From positions 576,001-640,000 of the forward strand of contig CAXXUO010000002.1 in NCBI GenBank assembly GCA_963666485.2: a stretch of DNA of 64,000 nt. Reading direction: 5' to 3'. The notes under the pieces were generated by a model. The model did not search any database and had not been told where the DNA came from. It worked only from the letters and a program-made list of their open reading frames with translations. This document shows, piece after piece, positions 41,534 to 50,330 of the stretch. Position numbers and translations under genes: made by a program. The DNA comes from Syntrophorhabdaceae bacterium (GTDB taxonomy: Bacteria; Desulfobacterota; Syntrophorhabdia; Syntrophorhabdales; Syntrophorhabdaceae). Every line of letters starts with the position of its first letter. Position 1 is the first letter of the stretch.

Positions 41534-42136
41534 ATGAACGAACGGTCAATAAAAAGAGTTTTCACCGGGTGCGCGGCTGCGTTTATCCTGCTTCTCCTTG
41601 TCGGTCCCGCTTCCACCGTATGCCTGGCGGATGAGCCGGCACTGTCGACCTTCGGCGACGGCAAGACGGTCGTCAGGCTTTATGCGGATTATTTTTGCTA
41701 CCCGTGCCAGGAAATGGAGCCCGGCATAGAACTCATCCTTGCGGACCTTGACCGCCAGAGGGCAGTGAAGATCGTTTTCATTGACACCCCGTTCAACCGG
41801 TATTCCTCGCTGTATGTCAGGTATTTCCTGTACGCCATGAACGAGAAAAAGACCCTGGATAACGCTTTCATCGTTCGCAAGGCCCTTATCGAGGCCGCAA
41901 GGAAGAGAATAGTCGATGCAGAGAAGCTCGAGGCCTTTCTCAACGAAAAGAAGGTCGGTTTCAGGCCGTTCGACGTGAAGCCCGTGTTCAACACGCTGTC
42001 GGGATACCTGAAACAGGACGAGATCGACAGCACCCCCACATGCGTTATAGAAATGAACAACAAGACTTACAAGTACAAGGGGGCGGACATAACGGACGCC
42101 CTGGAAAGACTGAGACAGAAGAAACCGCTCAAATAG
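41534..42136 (+). CDS. Exported thioredoxin-fold (DsbA/DsbG-like) protein
   Basis: Signal peptide, DYFCYPC, cis-Pro loop STPT. Confidence 0.8.
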   Translation: MNERSIKRVFTGCAAAFILLLLVGPASTVCLADEPALSTFGDGKTVVRLYADYFCYPCQEMEPGIELILADLDRQRAVKIVFIDTPFNRYSSLYVRYFLYAMNEKKTLDNAFIVRKALIEAARKRIVDAEKLEAFLNEKKVGFRPFDVKPVFNTLSGYLKQDEIDSTPTCVIEMNNKTYKYKGADITDALERLRQKKPLK

Positions 42137-42158
42137 CGGGAATGGGCTATACTATAGC

Positions 42159-43070
42159 ATGGGCATGACAGGCCAAAAGCGGCTGACATTCACCCTCATC
42201 GTGACGCTCGTCATCATGGCGGGAGAGTTGATCGGCGGCTATTTAAGCAACAGCCTTGCCCTCTTAAGCGACGCCGGCCACATGGTCACCGACGCGCTCG
42301 CCATCATGCTCGGCCTCGTGGCGGCGGTCATAAGCAAGAGGCCGTCCGACAGGCGTGCCACGTTCGGTTATGACCGTGTCGGGCTCCTCGCAGCGCTCAT
42401 CAACGGATTAAGCCTCCTCATCATCGCGGTCGTCATATTCTACGAGTCATACGAGAGGTTCCGGACCCCGCCGACCCTGGATATCGCGGTCATGATAGCG
42501 ATCGCCGGCGTGGGCCTCGCCGGGAACATAGCCATGGTGTTCATCGTGGGCCATAGCCATGATGACCTGACGCTGAAAAGTGTCTGGCTTCATGTCCTTG
42601 GAGATACCCTGTCGTCGGTGGGCGTCATTATTTCCGGCCTCATCATCTATTATACCGGCTGGACATATGCCGACCCCATCGCCAGCGTTCTCATCGGCGG
42701 CGTTATCATCTGGGGAGGAGTGAGGCTCGTACGGGACACAATGTCCATATTCCTCAACTTGACCCCGCGGGGTTTCGACGTAGAAAAGATTGCCGCCGAC
42801 ATCGCGAAGATGCATGACGTCATAGACGTGCACGACGTTCATCTGTGGCCCGTCGCGCATAACCAGGTCGCTTTTTCGGCCCACATCCTCGTTGATGACA
42901 AGACACTGAAAGAGGCCGAAGAAACAAAGAAGAACATCGAGGCTATGCTCAAAAAAGCGGGCGTCCATCACAGCACGCTGCAGATAGAATGCAGCTGCAT
43001 CGACTGTGACAACAACCTCTTCTGTGCGATCCGCCCGGACTCCGCCGACCACGACACCCACCACCATTAG
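42159..43070 (+). CDS. Cation diffusion facilitator (CzcD/ZitB-like)
   Basis: SLALLSDAGHMVTD, LHVLGD, HDVHLW, HSTLQIE, His-rich end. Confidence 0.92.
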   Translation: MGMTGQKRLTFTLIVTLVIMAGELIGGYLSNSLALLSDAGHMVTDALAIMLGLVAAVISKRPSDRRATFGYDRVGLLAALINGLSLLIIAVVIFYESYERFRTPPTLDIAVMIAIAGVGLAGNIAMVFIVGHSHDDLTLKSVWLHVLGDTLSSVGVIISGLIIYYTGWTYADPIASVLIGGVIIWGGVRLVRDTMSIFLNLTPRGFDVEKIAADIAKMHDVIDVHDVHLWPVAHNQVAFSAHILVDDKTLKEAEETKKNIEAMLKKAGVHHSTLQIECSCIDCDNNLFCAIRPDSADHDTHHH

Positions 43071-43144
43071 CCCCATTCAACCTTAGCCGTTAGCGGTTAA
43101 TGGCACAATAAACGACTGCCATGTCGCAGGCCCCTGTCAGATAT

Positions 43145-43357
43145 CGTCATCCCGGTGCTTGACACCGGGATCCAAGGTTTGTCACTTTCTTGTACTGTCT
43201 GCGTTTCATATTGCGGAACCATGGAGCCTCGCAGATCTAAAACAAAGACACTGGATCCCGGTGTCAAGCACCGGGATGACGGCGGTGGTAGTCATTTGTT
43301 TGCATATGACCGTTCGCCTTTAGCCTTTCGCCTTTAGCCTTTCGCCGTTCGCCGTTT
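43145..43357. repeat. Inverted REP doublet (43145-43281) plus heptamer array (gcctttm/gccgttc)x7
   Basis: Read directly. Confidence 0.88.
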
Positions 43358-43490
43358 TCACATTTCCTAACGCTTTTATAATGTAATACCAATGCAAGAG
43401 AAAATTTTTAATATTAGATACATATAGGCTTGATTAAATGCCTGCGTATGTTATAGTTTACATATTCCAAGTTAAATGGGGGCCGGGTAA

Positions 43491-43670
43491 ATGGGTGATA
43501 AGAATTTAATTATTCTGTACGTCATCGCAGCACTGATCATGATCGGCGGCTTCGTCATGATCTTCATGACCCGCAGCACGACCGTGCTGGCTGCCGGGGC
43601 AGTCCTGATCTTCATCGGGCTGTTCGTCTTCCTGTTCGGACGGGAAAAAGCAAAAAAGGCCAAAGCTTAG
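43491..43670 (+). CDS. 59-aa two-TM membrane protein
   Basis: MGDKNLIILYVIAALIMIGGF...LFGREKAKKAKA; upstream TTGATT-N16-TATAGT and a downstream terminator. Confidence 0.7.
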   Translation: MGDKNLIILYVIAALIMIGGFVMIFMTRSTTVLAAGAVLIFIGLFVFLFGREKAKKAKA

Positions 43671-43695
43671 GAATCCATTATTTATATTGCTTCGT

Positions 43696-43725
43696 AAAAG
43701 TCCTGCAATTGCAGGACTTTTTTTT
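43696..43725 (+). terminator. Intrinsic terminator
   Basis: aaaagtcctgc-aatt-gcaggacttttttttt. Confidence 0.8.
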
Positions 43726-43823
43726 CGATCCGCAACACCGGCCCTTCTGAACATGGTTGAATTTACCCGGCCGGCATTATAATATGTGCGATACCGCCCC
43801 GTTGAAGCGGGGGCACCGAAGCC

Positions 43824-45038
43824 ATGAACGAACCACTGCCTGACCATGACGACATTGAGATCATCCGGCTTGAAGGACGGATAGACAGCATCACCTGCCG
43901 GGAGGTCGAATCGGTTTTCAAAGGTTCGGTCATAACTGGCAAAAGGGCCATTGTGGCCGATATGGAGGGCGTCACCTACATCAGCAGCGCGGGCCTGCGC
44001 GTGTTCCTTTCCTTTCAGAAAGAACTGAAGAAGGCCGGAGGGGAGGTATGCTTCCTCAGGACCAGGCCCGAGGTCTTCTCCATATTCGAGATAAGCGGGT
44101 TCACGAAGATCTTCCGGTTCCTCGCGTCCCCCGATGACATTCATTCGCTCGCCCTCACGCGGGCAGGTTCCGGGACCCGCGAGATCAACTTCGAGCAGGG
44201 GACCTTGAAGATACTCGACACAGGGAACGATGCGGCGCAGGGCCTGACACGGATCGGGACGGAAGAAAAGCTTCCCCCGGCCGATTATACAGAGCATGAC
44301 GTCAGGTCCATACAGGCGTCCCGGGCCGATTTCGGCGCGGGCTTCACGGCCCTCGGCAATGATTTTGAAAATTTCAGGGACTTCTTCGGTGAATCCGTGG
44401 TCATTGACGGCAACATCTTTGTCTACCCGGCGGTACCGAGGTCGGCGGTGGATTTTATCATCCACAGTACCGGCGAGCGCGACACCGTCTATCATTTCCT
44501 GTATGGCTTTTCATTCCCGGGGAAGTTCGGGCATCTTGTCTCCTTCGACCCCTCACGGGACCACGCGACCCTCGACGAGATCATCGGTGAGATAAGCACC
44601 GTGGCGAACTCACCCCTGATAGGGATAACCGGCATCTTTGAAAGCCGGGGGCTTTTCGGGATGCGTTTGAAAAAAATACCTTTCCGTCACAATCACGGGC
44701 AGGGGCCGATCGATATCTTTTCCCCCGAAAATTTTCCGGAATGGATCGACTACTCGATAGAGCCGGAAGACCTATACAACCTCGTGGTTTTCACCGGCAT
44801 CGCGGTCCGGGACCGGGGGTCCGTCACGGCAGACCTCGGGGGAGTTATCCCGGCTTCGAGGCTCTTTCACCTGCACGGCATCGTTTTCGACAGGAAGCCG
44901 TTCAACAAGGTCCTCGACAACTTTTCCAATGAGCTCAGGAGGATAACGACGGGAATGGAGCCGCGCAAGGTCCTGCACCTCTTGGGTAAAACACGTGTCG
45001 GGCAGGGACTTTTCGGCATCGTCGAACTGAACGGTTAG
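43824..45038 (+). CDS. STAS (anti-sigma antagonist) domain fused to an unknown ~290-aa domain
   Basis: LEGRID, YISSAGLRV, FEISGF in the N-terminal ~110 aa. Confidence 0.75.
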   Translation: MNEPLPDHDDIEIIRLEGRIDSITCREVESVFKGSVITGKRAIVADMEGVTYISSAGLRVFLSFQKELKKAGGEVCFLRTRPEVFSIFEISGFTKIFRFLASPDDIHSLALTRAGSGTREINFEQGTLKILDTGNDAAQGLTRIGTEEKLPPADYTEHDVRSIQASRADFGAGFTALGNDFENFRDFFGESVVIDGNIFVYPAVPRSAVDFIIHSTGERDTVYHFLYGFSFPGKFGHLVSFDPSRDHATLDEIIGEISTVANSPLIGITGIFESRGLFGMRLKKIPFRHNHGQGPIDIFSPENFPEWIDYSIEPEDLYNLVVFTGIAVRDRGSVTADLGGVIPASRLFHLHGIVFDRKPFNKVLDNFSNELRRITTGMEPRKVLHLLGKTRVGQGLFGIVELNG

Positions 45039-45041
45039 ACT

Positions 45042-47867
45042 ATGGAATTGTGGTTTGGCGCTCTTAACCTCGGATTTCTCTACGCACTTGTTGCAATCGG
45101 CATATACATAACATTCCGTATCCATGATTTTCCCGATATAACGGTGGACGGGACATTCACGACAGGGGCTGCGGTCACGTCTGTCATGGTCGTGTCGGGC
45201 ATTCACCCGCTGTTTGCCCTGCCCGCCTCTTTCCTTGCCTGTGCCCTCGCCGGAGGCGTCACCGCCGTCATCAACACCCGGCTCAAGGTCAACAGCCTGC
45301 TTGCCGGCATCCTCGTGATGACAGGCCTTTACTCGATCAACCTCCATATAATGGGCCGCTCGAACATACCTCTTCTCGATACCGCCGAGTTCTTTGCGCT
45401 CCTTAACCGGGTAAACCCGGGGCTCAACCGGGAGATCTGGACAGCCATCTGTCTTGCCGTCGTCATGGCGGGCGTGTGGTCCGTGATCTCCTTTTTCTTC
45501 AAGACCGACTTCGGCCTGGCAATGCGGGCGAGCGGCAACAATCCCGCCATGGCCCGGGCATCGGGCATCAATGTCGACCGCGTGAAGGTTTTCGGGGTCG
45601 CTTTCGCCAACGGGCTCGCCGGCCTCTCGGGGAGCCTGGTCGCGCAGTACCAGGGATTTTCCGACATCGGGATGGGGATCGGGACCGTCGTGACGGGCCT
45701 AGCATCCGTTATCATAGGCGAGGCCATTTTCAGGAAGCATTCCGTTTATGCGTGGATAGCGAGCGCTATCGTTGGTTCCGTTATATTCCGGTTCATGATC
45801 GCGCTTGCCCTGTTTGCCGGGATGAATCCCATAGACTTAAAGCTCGTGACCGCCATCTTCGTGCTCGTGACGCTCGCCGTCACCATGAGGATCACAAAGG
45901 GCACCGCCTGGGTGCGAAAAAGCCACTTTCTGAAAGTTGCAGTGACGGCCCTCGTCATTATCGGCATTATCGCCGGGATACGGTACGGAAAGCTCGGCAG
46001 CATCATACCGCAGAAGAAGACGAAGATCGGGGTCTTCCTGATGAGCGACAGCCCCGTCCTCACCATCACGCGGGATAGTTTCCTTGCCCATATGGAGGAA
46101 CTCGGCTACGTCGACGGCCGGAATGCCACCTTCCTCGTGGAGAACGCGAACGGGGACATGGCGACGGTCAACACCATCGCCGATAAGTTCATCCGCGAAA
46201 AGGTCGATATCGTCGTCCCTGTTTCCACGAATTGCACGCAGGTCGCCATCAACAAGGTGAAGAACATCCCCATCGTGTTCGCGACGGTGGCGAATCCTTT
46301 TATCATCGGGGCGGGAAGATCGGAGAAAGACCATCTGCCGAACGTGACGGGCGTCTACGGGGCCATGGACATGGCCAGGGTGATGGAGGTTGTGCGAAGG
46401 ATATTCCCCGGCCCTATTGCGGTCGGCGCCATCTGGGACCCCGGGCAGGCCAATTCGGAATACAACGTCGGCCAGCTCAAAGAAGCGCTGAAAGAATATC
46501 CCGACATCGGGTTCAAGGGCGGTAATGTCGCGAGTTCCTCCGAGGTCTTCCAGGTCGCGCAGTCACTCGTCCACAGGGGCATCGACGCCTTTGTCCAACC
46601 CACGGAAAATATCGTGTTCTCGGCATTCGATTCTGTCATCAAGGCGGCCCGAAGCGGAAAGGTGCCTGTCATTTACACCGATGTCAGCAACCCTGCCAGC
46701 GGCGCCCTGATCGTTTACGGGCACACGTATGAAACGAGTGGGAGGCAGGCGGCCAATCTTGTCGACCGCATAATTAAAGGAGAAGACCCCGCAGGTATTC
46801 CCTTCGAGAAGTACAGGGAAGTCATCCTGGGCGTCAACCTCAAGGTCGCAAAGGAGCTCGGGATAGCCATCCCGCGCGACGTGACCGACAGGGCCGACCT
46901 CATCATAGACGAGGCGGGCAGGCTGCAGCACCGGACAGCTCAAGCGGCCGGACGCAAACAGGCCGCCACTTCGGGGAAGAAGATGGCCGTGTTCCAGTTC
47001 ACGAATAACTTTATCCTTGACCTTACCGCAAAGGGGGTTGTCGACGGGCTGAAGAAGAGCGGTGTCCTCGATAAAGAAAAAATAACGATCGACCAGAAGA
47101 ATGCCCACGGGGACTACAGTACTGCCCAATCGATAGGGCAGGAGATCGTGAGCAGGAAATATGACTACGTCGTAACCGTCTCAACAGTGGCCGCACAGGT
47201 GGTGGTACAGCAGAACAAGAAGATCCCCCATGTCTTCGCCGCCGTCACCGATCCCATAAAAACGGGTATTGCAAAGGGCATGGCCGACCATCCCGCCAAT
47301 GTGACGGGAATCGCCACGCCCCAGCCCGTGGAATCGACGGTGAAGCTCATGCGCAGGCTGTTCCCGAAGGCAAAGGTCATCGGCATGATCTGGACCCCGG
47401 CCGAAGCCAACTCGGAGATCTGCACGCGGCAGGCGCGGGAAACCGCAAAAAAATTGGGCTTCACGGTGATCGAAGTGCAGATCGCGGGCACGCAGGAAAT
47501 AGATGAGGCATTGAGGTCCATCCTCAGCAGTCACCCTGACATATTTTTCACGTCCGGGGATGTCACAGTTTCGGCAGCGATCCCTTCCCTGGCCCCGAAA
47601 TTAAGCCAAAAGAAGATACCCTACTTCACCAACACCCCGGCGGACATTGATTCCGGGGTTTTCCTCAGCCTCGGGGCCGACTATTACGATGTTGGTTTGA
47701 AAGCGGCCGGGCTCGCAACAAGGATCATGACGGGCGAGGACCCGGCAAAAATGCCGATCATTCATTTTGTTCCCGAACAGCTCACCTTAAACCTCAAACT
47801 CGCGAAGGAATACGGGATCACGATACCTGACGATCTTATCAGGAGAGCATCCAGGGTGGTGAAATAA
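45042..47867 (+). CDS. ABC permease fused to two ABC_sub_bind substrate-binding domains (putative Trp/Tyr-type importer)
   Basis: FPDITVDG permease followed by two repeats (PIVFATV / PHVFAAV, NVTG, E/QANSE, NLK.AKE.GI). Confidence 0.85.
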   Translation: MELWFGALNLGFLYALVAIGIYITFRIHDFPDITVDGTFTTGAAVTSVMVVSGIHPLFALPASFLACALAGGVTAVINTRLKVNSLLAGILVMTGLYSINLHIMGRSNIPLLDTAEFFALLNRVNPGLNREIWTAICLAVVMAGVWSVISFFFKTDFGLAMRASGNNPAMARASGINVDRVKVFGVAFANGLAGLSGSLVAQYQGFSDIGMGIGTVVTGLASVIIGEAIFRKHSVYAWIASAIVGSVIFRFMIALALFAGMNPIDLKLVTAIFVLVTLAVTMRITKGTAWVRKSHFLKVAVTALVIIGIIAGIRYGKLGSIIPQKKTKIGVFLMSDSPVLTITRDSFLAHMEELGYVDGRNATFLVENANGDMATVNTIADKFIREKVDIVVPVSTNCTQVAINKVKNIPIVFATVANPFIIGAGRSEKDHLPNVTGVYGAMDMARVMEVVRRIFPGPIAVGAIWDPGQANSEYNVGQLKEALKEYPDIGFKGGNVASSSEVFQVAQSLVHRGIDAFVQPTENIVFSAFDSVIKAARSGKVPVIYTDVSNPASGALIVYGHTYETSGRQAANLVDRIIKGEDPAGIPFEKYREVILGVNLKVAKELGIAIPRDVTDRADLIIDEAGRLQHRTAQAAGRKQAATSGKKMAVFQFTNNFILDLTAKGVVDGLKKSGVLDKEKITIDQKNAHGDYSTAQSIGQEIVSRKYDYVVTVSTVAAQVVVQQNKKIPHVFAAVTDPIKTGIAKGMADHPANVTGIATPQPVESTVKLMRRLFPKAKVIGMIWTPAEANSEICTRQARETAKKLGFTVIEVQIAGTQEIDEALRSILSSHPDIFFTSGDVTVSAAIPSLAPKLSQKKIPYFTNTPADIDSGVFLSLGADYYDVGLKAAGLATRIMTGEDPAKMPIIHFVPEQLTLNLKLAKEYGITIPDDLIRRASRVVK

Positions 47868-48680
47868 GTGATAGAGATATCCGGCTACCACAAAACGTTC
47901 AACGCCGGGACCTTAAACGAGGTTCACGCACTTCGCGGCATTGACCTCGCGATACAGGAAGGCGAGTTCCTCACCATGATAGGAACGAACGGATCGGGGA
48001 AGTCAACCCTTCTCAACGCGATCGCCGGCACGTTCCTCCCCGATCGCGGGACGATCACTATCAGCGGCAGGGATGTGGCAAAAAAAGCCGACTTTCAGCG
48101 CGCGCGCTACATCTCGCGCGTATTCCAGAACCCTTTCACGGGAACGGCACCCGACATGACGATCGCGGAGAATATTCACCTCGCGTTTCTGCGGGGCAGG
48201 CCCCGCTTTCCCGTCCCCGGTCTGACACGGGAGCGCCGCGCCTTCTACCGCGAAGAGGTGAGGATGCTCGAAATGCAGCTTGAAGACAGGCTCGACAACA
48301 CGATAGGGACGCTGTCGGGCGGCCAGAGACAGGCGCTCACCCTGCTCATGGCAGTCATGAACGGGCCGAAGGTCCTCCTTCTCGATGAACATACGGCCGC
48401 TCTCGACCCCAAGTCGGCATCACAGATCGTCGCCCTGACCCAAAGATTCATCGAGCGCTATCATCTCACCACCATCATGATAACGCACAGCATGCAGCAG
48501 GCCCTGGAGCTCGGCACCCGGACAGTCCTGATGCACAAGGGAAAGATCATAGAAGAGATAGCCGAAAAGGACAAAAAATTGCTGACCACGGCCGACCTCC
48601 TTGACCGCTTCGCCGACCTGAGGAAACAGGAAAAACTGACGGTTGAAATGATAGAAGAGATGCGGCGGGAATATCTGTAG
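47868..48680 (+). CDS. ABC ATP-binding protein
   Basis: GTNGSGKST, LSGGQRQ, LLDEHTAALDP. Confidence 0.92.
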   Translation: MIEISGYHKTFNAGTLNEVHALRGIDLAIQEGEFLTMIGTNGSGKSTLLNAIAGTFLPDRGTITISGRDVAKKADFQRARYISRVFQNPFTGTAPDMTIAENIHLAFLRGRPRFPVPGLTRERRAFYREEVRMLEMQLEDRLDNTIGTLSGGQRQALTLLMAVMNGPKVLLLDEHTAALDPKSASQIVALTQRFIERYHLTTIMITHSMQQALELGTRTVLMHKGKIIEEIAEKDKKLLTTADLLDRFADLRKQEKLTVEMIEEMRREYL

Positions 48681-48693
48681 GTCTACCCGCCTT

Positions 48694-48768
48694 CGTCGTC
48701 CCGGCGAACCGGGGCGCTTTTCTAAAAGGCCCTCATTCCGGTGCTTGACACCGGGATCCAGCGTCTTT
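48694..48768. repeat. Two degenerate REP hairpins
   Basis: cgtcgtcccggcgaaccgggg and tcattccggtgcttgacaccgggatccagcgtcttt. Confidence 0.7.
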
Positions 48769-48853
48769 AAATAAGTAGAATCGGTACTGGTTTTATAGTT
48801 TAAGATGGAAAGATGACACCGGGCTGTGTGTTGTACGTCTGCCCTTTCGGGTT

Positions 48854-49042
48854 TTACTCAGCCGGTTTCTCTTCGGCAGCGGTTTCCTGTTCGGCGGGAG
48901 CCTGTTCGGCGGTCTCTTCGTTGGTCTCCTCAGGTTCCTCGGTCTTCAGGCCGTGCCTTCTCGCCATTTTCTCCTGGGCCTTCTGCTGCCGTTTGATCTC
49001 TTTTTGCCGTTTCAAAAAAGTATTTTGATTACGTTTTGCCAT
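48854..49042 (-). CDS. Small basic/acidic hypothetical protein
   Basis: MAKRNQNTFLKRQKEIKRQQKAQEK followed by a Glu-rich tail. Confidence 0.7.
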   Translation of the reverse strand: MAKRNQNTFLKRQKEIKRQQKAQEKMARRHGLKTEEPEETNEETAEQAPAEQETAAEEKPAE

Positions 49043-49250
49043 GTGAGGCATCCTTTCCTTCTTCCTGACGAAAAGAGTGTCCGGAAGAGATAATTATTTC
49101 CGATGCAGTTAAGGATTATGACGTTATTCGGCGGGTTTGTCAAGATGACAAGGGCAATCCGCCCCGACCTGCCTTCTTTTCCCTTTACATTTGTTTCGAT
49201 ACGCTTTAGTGTCTAAAGTAGTAAATATGAAGAGAAAAAGGGGACAGTAT

Positions 49251-49514
49251 ATGCATTGCCGCCTGTTAGCTATCTTATGTATGGTATCGATTCTTGTCTT
49301 GTCCGCCGCTCCATCCCTCTATGCCCAGAACTACGGTTCCTGTGCCAACACGGTATGCGGCCCGGGATATGTGGCAACCCCGCAGATGAACGGCGAATGC
49401 CTCTGTGTTGCGCAGGACTGCAAAGATCTGGACGGATGCGTCCAGCCGCCGAAGGCGGTCGAAGACTGCAACAGCATCGAGGGATGCAACCCGCCGCAGA
49501 TCATCAAGCCGTAG
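49251..49514 (+). CDS. Small secreted Cys-rich protein
   Basis: Signal peptide, 8 Cys in the mature part, internal DCxxxxGC repeat. Confidence 0.65.
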   Translation: MHCRLLAILCMVSILVLSAAPSLYAQNYGSCANTVCGPGYVATPQMNGECLCVAQDCKDLDGCVQPPKAVEDCNSIEGCNPPQIIKP

Positions 49515-49538
49515 CGTCACGTATCTGCCGCCCGGAAA

Positions 49539-50000
49539 ATGGCCAGGGTCCTGATAACGTATCACTCGCAGACCGGAAACACGAGGAGGATGGCCGAGGC
49601 CGTTGCGGACGGCGTCAGGGACGCGGCCCATTCCGAAGCGATACTGAAGAAAGCCTTCGACACCACTTCGGAGGACATACGCGCCTGTGATGCCGTCGTA
49701 TTCTGTTCGCCGGAGTATTTCGGATATATGTCGGGCGCCATCAAAGACCTCTTTGACCGCACATACGAGGAATTACGCGATGACCCGCGATCGCTGAAGA
49801 AACCATACAGCATAGTCGTGAGCGCAGGTAATGACGGCACCGGTGCCGTCCGCCAGATAGAGCGCCTCTGTAAGGGATACAATTTCAAGAAAGTTCAGAA
49901 CCCGATAATAGCGAAGGGCACAGTGACGGACGACATCCTCGCCCAATGCCGCGAACTCGGCGCCACCCTGGCCGAAGGCATCAACGCCAAGATATTCTGA
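49539..50000 (+). CDS. Flavodoxin/WrbA-like FMN-dependent oxidoreductase
   Basis: YHSQTGNT, SPEYFGYMSG.IKDLFD. Confidence 0.88.
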   Translation: MARVLITYHSQTGNTRRMAEAVADGVRDAAHSEAILKKAFDTTSEDIRACDAVVFCSPEYFGYMSGAIKDLFDRTYEELRDDPRSLKKPYSIVVSAGNDGTGAVRQIERLCKGYNFKKVQNPIIAKGTVTDDILAQCRELGATLAEGINAKIF

Positions 50001-50027
50001 CAATCGAAATCCGGAAACTCTGAAAAG

Positions 50028-50326
50028 ACTCTCTCTCGCCCGTTCGTCGCTTCGCTCCTCTCTCGAGCTCGCGGAGAACGCGGAGAACGGCGGAGGCCGC
50101 GGGAGCCCGGAGCCGACCAGGCTCCCGCGGCATCTTCGATCCTGCCCTTCAGGCAGGATGGACCGCTTGGACTATTAATTACCTTGTATTGTTTTTCTTC
50201 TTTTCCTCGGCGAAGCCGACGAAAGTGCCGGCTGGTCGTGGTCGGCTCCGCGACCAGCCGGCAAAGTCTTTCCCCTTCGCAGTTCTCTGTGTTCTCTGTG
50301 AGCTCGAGCGAAGCGGGCGAGAGAGT
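50028..50326. repeat. ~300-bp non-coding element with imperfect terminal inverted repeats containing 9-mer repeats (MITE-like)
   Basis: actctctctcgcccg..cttcgct..ctcgagctcgcggagaacgcggagaac versus gttctctgtgttctctgtgagctcgagcgaagcgggcgagagagt. Confidence 0.7.
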
Positions 50327-50330
50327 GTAT

